A DNA stretch of 64,000 bases from NCBI GenBank assembly GCA_965247115.1, contig CBDFGR010000002.1, positions 1,984,001-2,048,000 on the forward strand, in the 5' to 3' direction. A program made the translations under genes and the position numbers. Source of the DNA: Myxococcota bacterium. Lineage in GTDB: Bacteria > Myxococcota_A > UBA9160 > SZUA-336. Positions 56,966 to 64,000 of this stretch are shown one piece after another; the stretch's first letter is position 1, and the number at the start of each line of letters is the position of its first letter. Below the pieces are notes generated by a model that saw nothing but the letters and a program-made list of their open reading frames with translations, was not told the origin of the DNA and did no database searches.

Positions 56966-58204
56966 ATGCGAACGCCTCGATCGTGGCTTCTTGGGGCGGC
57001 CTGTCTTCTCGTGGTGAGCGTCGGCTGGTCCGCAGCGCAGGTGCGGGCCGACCTGGCGCCCGAGCCCCTGAACGTCGTTCTGGAACTCGGTCCCGCCTCG
57101 CCGCACTGGGTGCTGTACAACTCTTTTGTGTCGATCGAAGCCGGCACCTTCGTGCTCTTCGATGCCGACACTGCGGAGTTCAAAGCCCACATCTCGGTGG
57201 GCATGATCCCGTCGCTCCAGCAGTCGCCCGATGGGCGCGAGCTCTACGTTGCGGACACCTACCTCGAAGGGCCGGAGCGCCTGCGCAGGGACGTGCTGAG
57301 CATCTACGACACCCGCGATTACAGCCTGAGCGGCACGATCGCGTTGCCGGGGAATCGGCGGGCGCTCATGGCTCCGCACCCGAAGGCGGCTGTGATCGAC
57401 GGCGGCCGCTTCTTGGTGCTCTTCAACTTCACACCCGGCACCGGGGTCACCGTGATCGATACGTCGGCGCGCAGCGTCGTCGGCGAGATCGCCACACCCG
57501 GCTGCTCGCTCGTGTACCCGACGGGTACCCGCGGCGTCTCGATGATCTGCGGGGATGGCAGGCTCCTGACCCTTCAGCTCGATTCGAACGGCCGCCTTGC
57601 GAAGCGGATCAGCAGCGAGCCCTTCTTCGATCCCGATGTGGACCCCGTGATCGAGAACGCCGCCGCGCTCGGCAGTACCTGGTACTTCCCGAGCTACTCG
57701 GGAGACGTGTATCCGGTCGACCTGTCCGGCGATGAGCCCGTCTTTCACGAGCCCTGGCCGCTCGTGGATCACGACAAGAAGCCGGCCAACTTCCTGAGTG
57801 CACTCCTGAGCGGGGGCAAGGCCGGCCCATGGCTCCCCGGCGGGGGCCAGCTCATCTCGGCGCACGCTGCGCGAGGGGAGCTCTTCGTGCTGATGCATCC
57901 GGTCGCGTGGAGCGAGGAGAAAGACGACCCCGATGGCGACCACGTCCACCCGGGGGCAGAGGTCTGGGTGTACGATGCCGCTGCCAAGGTCCGGACACGG
58001 CGTCTCGCTCTTCAAGGTGTAGGTGGCACGGTCTATGTAACTGCCGATGACCAGCCTCTGATGCTGGTGAGTGCTAGTGATAGAGATCAAGCGAACAGGC
58101 GACTCGAGGTGTACGATGCCGCGACGGGCGAGTATCTGCGCCAGCTGACGGGCGCGAGCGCGTTTCACTTCGAGGGTGCGCCGGGGAGTGGGGGAGCGCG
58201 ATGA
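56966..58204 (+). CDS. mauB: TTQ amine dehydrogenase heavy (alpha) subunit, MauB/AauB family
   Basis: Signal peptide, SPDGRELYVA, FNFTP, PGCSLVYP, ICGDG, PGGGQ, LMH...H..PG.EVWVYD. Confidence 0.9.
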   Translation: MRTPRSWLLGAACLLVVSVGWSAAQVRADLAPEPLNVVLELGPASPHWVLYNSFVSIEAGTFVLFDADTAEFKAHISVGMIPSLQQSPDGRELYVADTYLEGPERLRRDVLSIYDTRDYSLSGTIALPGNRRALMAPHPKAAVIDGGRFLVLFNFTPGTGVTVIDTSARSVVGEIATPGCSLVYPTGTRGVSMICGDGRLLTLQLDSNGRLAKRISSEPFFDPDVDPVIENAAALGSTWYFPSYSGDVYPVDLSGDEPVFHEPWPLVDHDKKPANFLSALLSGGKAGPWLPGGGQLISAHAARGELFVLMHPVAWSEEKDDPDGDHVHPGAEVWVYDAAAKVRTRRLALQGVGGTVYVTADDQPLMLVSASDRDQANRRLEVYDAATGEYLRQLTGASAFHFEGAPGSGGAR

Positions 58205-58734
58205 GCACACTGCAGCGACTGGACGGATGGACCGATCGGGTATCTCGAGGGCTCGCGCGCCGGAGCTCGCGTCGCGCGTTTGTTTCGCGTCTCGGTACCT
58301 GGCTGGTGGGTGGAGCGCTGGCGCCGCTCCTGCTCCCCGTGGCCCGCGTTCACGCAGGGAGCGAGCCCGCGGAGCTGGCCGAGTCCGGAGATGCGCGAGG
58401 CTGCGATTACTGGCGCTACTGCGCGCAGAACGGGCCGCTCTGCAGCTGCTGCGGGGGCGCAGCCAATGCATGCCCCCCGGGGACCGAGATGTCGAGCATG
58501 GCCTGGATCGGCACCTGTCGAAATCCGGACGACGGCAAGCAGTATCTGATCTCCTACAACGATTGCTGCGGCAAGAGCTTCTGTCCCGAGTGCTCGTGCA
58601 GTCGCCACGACAGCGAGATGCCGGTCTATCGGCCGGCCAAGGCGGGCGACGTGCACTGGTGCTCGGCCAATGAGAGCGCGGCCATCACCTGCACGGTGGC
58701 GGTCGTGCTGGGGACTGCGGAGGATGCGGGGTAG
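58201..58734 (+). CDS. mauA: TTQ amine dehydrogenase light subunit
   Basis: Tat SRRAFV, CDYWRYC, AWIGTC, YNDCC, VHWC; 14 Cys. Confidence 0.93.
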   Translation: MSTLQRLDGWTDRVSRGLARRSSRRAFVSRLGTWLVGGALAPLLLPVARVHAGSEPAELAESGDARGCDYWRYCAQNGPLCSCCGGAANACPPGTEMSSMAWIGTCRNPDDGKQYLISYNDCCGKSFCPECSCSRHDSEMPVYRPAKAGDVHWCSANESAAITCTVAVVLGTAEDAG

Positions 58735-59215
58735 GGCAGTCTGCCTCGGGGCGGTCCTGCTAGCTGTGGCGCCGGCTCTGGTGAACGCCGGCTACACGGC
58801 GAAGACGAACTACATCCTGCACTGCCAGGGCTGCCATGGCGCCGACGGGGTGGGCAGAATCCCCGACCAGGTTCCGCCGCTATCGAACTCGATGGGCTAC
58901 TTCCTGCACGTGCCCGGGGGGCGCCGCTACCTGGCTCAGGTGCCGGGCATAGCCCATGCGCCGATCGATGACGCGGAGGTTGCGGCGCTCCTGAACTTCG
59001 CGCTTCGGCGCTTCAGCTCCGGCCAGCTTCCCGCCCCCTTCGTACCGTACTCGACAGAAGAGGTGGCGCGGCAGCGCCGCTCGGCGCCAGACGTGGTCTC
59101 CCTGCGTGAGGAACTCGTCACTGCGATTCGCGAGCGCCTTGGGGTCCGCATCTGGACGGAGGACGATCCCACGCGAGGCCCAGAGCCCGGGAGACCCGGT
59201 GGACCTCTCTATTGA
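58724..59215 (+). CDS. Monohaem cytochrome c associated with amine dehydrogenase
   Basis: Signal peptide, YILHCQGCH; paralogue of 619-1071. Confidence 0.85.
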   Translation: MRGRAVCLGAVLLAVAPALVNAGYTAKTNYILHCQGCHGADGVGRIPDQVPPLSNSMGYFLHVPGGRRYLAQVPGIAHAPIDDAEVAALLNFALRRFSSGQLPAPFVPYSTEEVARQRRSAPDVVSLREELVTAIRERLGVRIWTEDDPTRGPEPGRPGGPLY

Positions 59216-59741
59216 TCCGGTCTTCGGTCTCACGAGCCGTCTGCTGGCAGCGCTCGTCTTCGGAACGGCCGCGCTCCAGAAGCTTCGGGCACCCCGCGAG
59301 TTCGTCGCCGTGCTCCGCGACTATCGACTCCTCCCCGCCTCGCTGGTGGAGGTATCTGCGGCTCTTGTGATCTGTGCCGAGGCCTTCGCCGTCCTCGGGA
59401 TCTGGTGGTTGGCCCTGCGCGGCTGGGCCGCGGCGACCGCCGTGGCTCTGCTCGCAGCGTACAGCATTGCCATAGGCCTCAACCTCTTGCGCGGGCGCCG
59501 CGAGATCGACTGCGGCTGCTCCTTCGGCGCTGCCGGTCAACCCCTGTCGCCGGCCCTCCTCGTTCGCAACGCTCTCCTCGTACTGCCGTGCGCCGCCGCC
59601 GGACTTCCGGAGAGGGACGCGCTCCACGGGCTCGGACTCGTCGTGGCGTTCTTCGGGGCCGCTGCCTTTGCGCTCTGCTATCAGGCGTGGGGCGTACTGC
59701 TCGCGAACCGACCGCAGGTGTTGCGGCTGGAGGACCGATGA
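59199..59741 (+). CDS. mauE: Methylamine utilisation membrane protein MauE
   Basis: DYRLLP, NLLRGRREIDCGC, LVRN; multiple TMs. Confidence 0.9.
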   Translation: MDLSIDPVFGLTSRLLAALVFGTAALQKLRAPREFVAVLRDYRLLPASLVEVSAALVICAEAFAVLGIWWLALRGWAAATAVALLAAYSIAIGLNLLRGRREIDCGCSFGAAGQPLSPALLVRNALLVLPCAAAGLPERDALHGLGLVVAFFGAAAFALCYQAWGVLLANRPQVLRLEDR

Positions 59742-60349
59742 GCGACGTGGTCGTCGCCTCCTCGATCCTGCTGCTCTGGATCGCGGTGGTCGCACTCGCT
59801 CTTGCGGTCTTCGGACTCAGCCGACAGATCGGCGTGCTTCTGGAACGCGTCGCGCCAGGCGGCGCGCTGATGACGGGCAAGGGTCTCGAGCCGGGTGAGC
59901 TCGCACCCGAGCTCACGCTGACCGCCCTCGATGGCGCCTCGATCCATGTGGGCGGCGAGCACAGTGACCAGCGCAGTACGCTGGTCTTCTTCCTGTCTCC
60001 GACCTGTCCCATGTGTGATGCGGTGCTTCCCGCGGTGCGCACCCTGGCACGGAGTGAGCGCGGCTGGCTCGATGTCGTGCTGGCGAGCGACGGTGATGAC
60101 GCCGACCACGCCGCCTACGTGCGGCGCAAGAACCTCGGTGCACTGCCGTATGTCGTCTCGCGCGAGCTGGGCCTGCGCTTTCGCGTGGGTCAGCTGCCGC
60201 ACGCGGCGCTCGTCGGCGAGAACGGTGTTGTCGTTGCCGCCGGGCTTACGAATACCCGCGAGCACGTCGAAAGCCTGCTCGAGGCGAAGCGCCGCGGGGT
60301 GGGTTCGCTGCAGGAGTACCTGAAGCTCGACTCGGCCCGCGAAGCCTGA
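59738..60349 (+). CDS. mauD: MauD thioredoxin-like maturation protein
   Basis: RQIGVLLERVAP.GAL, SPTCPMC, ASDG, GLTNTREHVESL. Confidence 0.93.
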   Translation: MSDVVVASSILLLWIAVVALALAVFGLSRQIGVLLERVAPGGALMTGKGLEPGELAPELTLTALDGASIHVGGEHSDQRSTLVFFLSPTCPMCDAVLPAVRTLARSERGWLDVVLASDGDDADHAAYVRRKNLGALPYVVSRELGLRFRVGQLPHAALVGENGVVVAAGLTNTREHVESLLEAKRRGVGSLQEYLKLDSAREA

Positions 60350-60448
60350 GGAGCAGTGCGACCACGTCAGGCCCCAGTCGCGGTCAAGGCCATGCCGAGC
60401 GCAACGACGCTCGCGAACAGGCGGAAACCGCGCTCCGCATCCCGGACA

Positions 60449-61444
60449 TCACGAGCCGAGCAGGCGCTCTAGCTGCTTGCCGGCCTCGGTGGGCGAGCCG
60501 TCGGGCATCCCGACCATCTGGAGATCGGCACCGAGAGCGGCGCGCTCCTTCAGCTGCTCACTCACCGACTCGCGCGGACCGATCACCTGGATCTCGCGCA
60601 CCATGCGCTCCGAGATGGCAGCGAGAGCTCCGTCGGCGTCGCGCTCTGCCCACGCGGCCCGCGATGCGGCCACCTCGGCCTCGAAGCCGTTGCTGGCGAG
60701 CATGCGCCAGTAGAAGTCGCCCATGCGGTTCGTGTAGAAGAAGAGCGGCTGGCGGGCCGCGCGCCACTGCGCCTCGTCGTCGCCCTCGCCGAGCACATAC
60801 ACGTTCGTGAACGGCGCGATCGTGATCTCACTGACCGAGCGCCCCGCGCTCTCCGCACCGGCACCCAGCTGCTTGCGCAGCGACTCGAAGCGCTGTTTGG
60901 GCCAATGGATCGGGAAGATCCCGTCCGCGATCTCGCCCGACTGGTGGATCGACGTGGGCGTGATCGACGCGATGTAGACGGGAACGTGCCTGCGCGGCCG
61001 CTCGTAGTCCAGCCGAAAGCCGCGCTTGAGCTGGAAGAGCTCGCCTTCGTACTGCAGGCTTTCACCGGCGATCAGCAGGTTGAAGATCTCGACATACTCC
61101 CGGATCCGGCGCAGCGGCTTCTCGAACGGCACACCGTGAAAGTGCTCGATCACCCGCTGCCCGGAGGACCCGAGCCCACAGACCATGCGGCCGCCCGAGA
61201 GCTCCTCGAGCGCGGCGAACTCCTGCGCGATCGCCGCGGGAGAACGCGAGTACGTGTTCAGGATCGAGGTCCCGATCTGGATCCGCTCCGTATTCGTGGC
61301 GAGCAGGGTCATCCACGGCAGGGTCGATTTTCCCCAGGCTTCCCCGGTTGCGACGAGCTCGTAGCCCAGCCCCTCCGCGATCCGAACCTTCTCCAACGAC
61401 TGCCGCCAGTCCTTCCCCGCCGCCGCCAGGACCCCAAGCCGCAT
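60449..61444 (-). CDS. LLM-class (possibly F420-dependent) oxidoreductase
   Basis: EAWG, RSPAAIA, LSGGR...GLGSSG, GEIADG. Confidence 0.88.
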   Translation of the reverse strand: MRLGVLAAAGKDWRQSLEKVRIAEGLGYELVATGEAWGKSTLPWMTLLATNTERIQIGTSILNTYSRSPAAIAQEFAALEELSGGRMVCGLGSSGQRVIEHFHGVPFEKPLRRIREYVEIFNLLIAGESLQYEGELFQLKRGFRLDYERPRRHVPVYIASITPTSIHQSGEIADGIFPIHWPKQRFESLRKQLGAGAESAGRSVSEITIAPFTNVYVLGEGDDEAQWRAARQPLFFYTNRMGDFYWRMLASNGFEAEVAASRAAWAERDADGALAAISERMVREIQVIGPRESVSEQLKERAALGADLQMVGMPDGSPTEAGKQLERLLGS

Positions 61445-61549
61445 GGCTATCTCCCCTGCGCGGGCGCCGCCCGCCGATAGCACGGCCCGCTGATCGCCCG
61501 AATGTGAGCATCTTACCAGCCGCCCGGCCCACGACGACGGCTCAACCGG

Positions 61550-61891
61550 TCAGGGAAGCTGGTCTCCTTCATGACAGCCTTGACAGTCTCGGGTCGGTCC
61601 AGCTGCCAGATCATCGCGCTGACGGTCGACGTGGCAATCCCGGCAAAGCTCGTGAAACATGGCCTCGATGGAGCTGGCGATGGCCGGGCTGTCCTTGTGA
61701 CAGCTGAAGCACGACGTGCCGCCGGTGTTGTCGACGAAGTTGTGGTGGCAGTCCACGCAATTCACCTCCTGATGATCGATGTGCGCGAAGCTCACGGGCA
61801 GCATGGGCGCCGCCGCTATCTGGGCGTTGCGCACGTAGGCCAGCAGCGTCGCGCACAAACCGATGGCGACACTGAACGCGACCCAGCGCAT
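61550..61891 (-). CDS. Small tetrahaem cytochrome c3-like protein
   Basis: N-terminal anchor, FAHIDH, CVDCHH, CFSCH, FHELCRDCH, CQGCH. Confidence 0.88.
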   Translation of the reverse strand: MRWVAFSVAIGLCATLLAYVRNAQIAAAPMLPVSFAHIDHQEVNCVDCHHNFVDNTGGTSCFSCHKDSPAIASSIEAMFHELCRDCHVDRQRDDLAAGPTRDCQGCHEGDQLP

Positions 61892-62559
61892 CAGATCAGC
61901 TTCAACGCGGCGTAAAGACAGGCGGCCGCAATGGCGGCGCCCGTTCCGAGGACGGCGTCCCGGTCCGCCTGGCGGGTGCTCGTCACACCGGCGAGGTGCG
62001 GGAGGCGCTCGCCCTGCCAGCGCCGGAGAAAAGCCGCCGCCGGCAGGGCGAGGAGAAGAACCGCGAGCCACTTCCTCTCGTAACTGGCCGAGGCGTAGAA
62101 CGCGGCGCCCAGCACATGCCAGGCTGCTAGCCCCAGCGCGGCCGCGGCAAGCACCCGATGCCAGAGGCGGAACTGGGCGAACCGGGCGAAAACTCGCCGC
62201 CGGACCGGAGGAAAAGAGGTGAGCGACAGAACCACCATGCAGAGGAACGCCACCAGGCCCGCGTGCATGTACCAGGGGGCTTTGAGTTTGAGGTACTCCA
62301 GCACCAGCGGATCGGCCACGATCAGGCCGGCCGCGTGCGCAGCGGCCAGAGCCACAGCGCCGAGGGCAAGGCTGCTGTGCAGCCTGAGCCTGGGCTGGCG
62401 GGCGGGCGACTCGGAGTCCCAGCCGAGGTAGACGAGGCCGGCCAAAGCGCCGAATCCCAACCCGTTCAGGAAATCCCAGACGAAGCCGCCGCCGGGGGCG
62501 ATGCCATCGAGCATCGTCACGCCGAGCACAGCGACGACAAACAGGCAGAACAGTGGCAT
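61891..62559 (-). CDS. Ferric-reductase-like transmembrane (haem b) protein
   Basis: Multiple TMs with His pairs spaced 13 residues apart (RLH...AAH; WH...WH). Confidence 0.75.
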   Translation of the reverse strand: MPLFCLFVVAVLGVTMLDGIAPGGGFVWDFLNGLGFGALAGLVYLGWDSESPARQPRLRLHSSLALGAVALAAAHAAGLIVADPLVLEYLKLKAPWYMHAGLVAFLCMVVLSLTSFPPVRRRVFARFAQFRLWHRVLAAAALGLAAWHVLGAAFYASASYERKWLAVLLLALPAAAFLRRWQGERLPHLAGVTSTRQADRDAVLGTGAAIAAACLYAALKLI

Positions 62560-62677
62560 AAAAGCGGAGCGACCCCCGAGAGTGGGCAGAGGCTACCAGA
62601 GATCTGGGTCCGCTTACTTTCTGGCCTTCCGCGATTTATGATGACGAGCTACTTGGTGCGACAACCTGGGAGGTCAA

Positions 62678-64000
62678 GTGCACGCGGATATTCTCGCGCA
62701 GTTCGATTTCTCTGACCCGCACCGGTCTTGGATGTCGCGCGACGAGGACCACGTGCTCGGGTGGCGCTACGAGCCGCGGATCGTGTTCGAAGGCGGTCGG
62801 GGCACCCAGCTCATCGACGTGGACGGAAACGAGTACTACGACTTGAGCTCCGGCATGATGTCGATGGTGCTCGGGCACAATCACCCCGAGCTCTCGGCCA
62901 CGCTGCGGAGCCAGGCCGAGAAGCTCTGCCACCAGGCCTCGTGGTACACGAACCCCTGGAGCATTGAATACGCGGAGCTCGTGGCCGAAACCCTGCCGGA
63001 AGGGCTCGAGGTGACCAACTTTGCGGTTACCGGATCCGAGGCGAATGAGATCGCCCTGCGGATGGCGATCGGTGCGACCGGTAAGTTCGAGCTAGTCTCG
63101 CTCATGCACGGGCTGCATGGCGGCACGTTGGCGGTCGAGTCGCTGACCACCGTAGGCGGGGTGCGACGCAGCAATCTGGGCCCGCTGCTGATGCCGGCTG
63201 CGCGCAACGCCATCTATGGGCCCACTTGCTATCGGTGCCCGATCAACCTCGAATACCCGAGCTGCGGGGTGGCCTGCGTCGAGGCGAGCGAGGATCGCCT
63301 CGAGCACCTGTCCACTCACGAAGTCGCCGCCATCGTCGCGGAGACGATACAGGTACCCGGCGGTATGAACGTTCCACCACCGGAGTATCTTCCGAAGCTC
63401 AAGGCGCTCGCCGAGAAATGGGATGCCCTACTGATTCTCGACGAGGCGCAGCTCGCGCCGGGTCGCACCGGCCGGATGTGGTCGTTCGAGCACTTCGGCA
63501 TCGTCCCGGACATCGTTACCTTCGGAAAAGGGATGTCGGCGGGGATGGCAATAACCGGAACGGTGACTACGCCGGAGATCGCCGAGCGAGCCCGCGGCAA
63601 GGCCGGCGTACCTTGGGCCGGAACCTATTCGAGCGATCCCCTGCCTGCTGCCGTTGCGCTCGAGCAGCTCAAGATCGTGCGGCGCGACAACCTCACCGAG
63701 CGGGCGGCGGAGCTCGGCGAGATCCTCCGCGAGCGGCTGGACCGACTTCACCAGCGCTTCGAGTGCATCGGCGACCTCCGCGGCCTCGGCCTCTATCAGA
63801 TGCTCGACATCGTGCACGATCGGAAATCGAAGAAGCCAGACTTCGAAACGGCAGAGCGGATACGATTCAACGCCGTGCACGAGGGGCTGATCCTGCTCAC
63901 CTCCCGCAACTGCGTTCGGCTCGTCCCACCGCTCGTGATCACCGAAGCCGAGATCGACGATGTCGTCGGTCGGTTGGAAACGGCGTTCGTTCGAACCGAG
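62678..64000 (+). CDS. Class III PLP aminotransferase (runs off window end)
   Basis: GTG after GGAGGT; DVDGNEYYD, LGHNHP, TGSEANE, ILDEAQ, FGKG, RGLGL, RLVPPL. Missing from the ORF track because it has no stop in the window. Confidence 0.9.
   Translation, partial: MHADILAQFDFSDPHRSWMSRDEDHVLGWRYEPRIVFEGGRGTQLIDVDGNEYYDLSSGMMSMVLGHNHPELSATLRSQAEKLCHQASWYTNPWSIEYAELVAETLPEGLEVTNFAVTGSEANEIALRMAIGATGKFELVSLMHGLHGGTLAVESLTTVGGVRRSNLGPLLMPAARNAIYGPTCYRCPINLEYPSCGVACVEASEDRLEHLSTHEVAAIVAETIQVPGGMNVPPPEYLPKLKALAEKWDALLILDEAQLAPGRTGRMWSFEHFGIVPDIVTFGKGMSAGMAITGTVTTPEIAERARGKAGVPWAGTYSSDPLPAAVALEQLKIVRRDNLTERAAELGEILRERLDRLHQRFECIGDLRGLGLYQMLDIVHDRKSKKPDFETAERIRFNAVHEGLILLTSRNCVRLVPPLVITEAEIDDVVGRLETAFVRTE

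Overview
GC-rich bacterial DNA, probably from a diderm (TonB-dependent receptor, periplasmic quinoproteins). The window is dominated by periplasmic quinone-cofactor oxidation genes. The centrepiece (20.2-48.6 kb) is a set of 13 PQQ-dehydrogenase paralogues. Nine are cytochrome c-PQQ quinohaemoproteins of the polyvinyl-alcohol-dehydrogenase (PVADH) type: eight in tandem plus one behind a duplicated promoter. A cytochrome c and four soluble glucose/quinate-dehydrogenase-like PQQ enzymes follow. The copies share a near-constant scaffold and differ mainly in a few short loops that look shuffled between copies. A six-gene MoxR/vWA operon with the order and domain make-up of methylotroph mxaRSACKL (Ca2+/PQQ enzyme maturation) is transcribed divergently from the array. 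Two TTQ amine dehydrogenase (mau-like) clusters flank the region; each has a small monohaem cytochrome c after the light chain and no mauG is visible. Also present: a TonB-dependent receptor with a truncated tandem copy, three aminotransferases, IorAB, flavin/F420-type oxidoreductases, a cytochrome c3/ferric-reductase pair, two apparently disrupted genes and a 19-bp tandem repeat. No rRNA, tRNA, CRISPR array, transposase or reverse transcriptase was recognised. All family calls come from motif recognition, not database searches.
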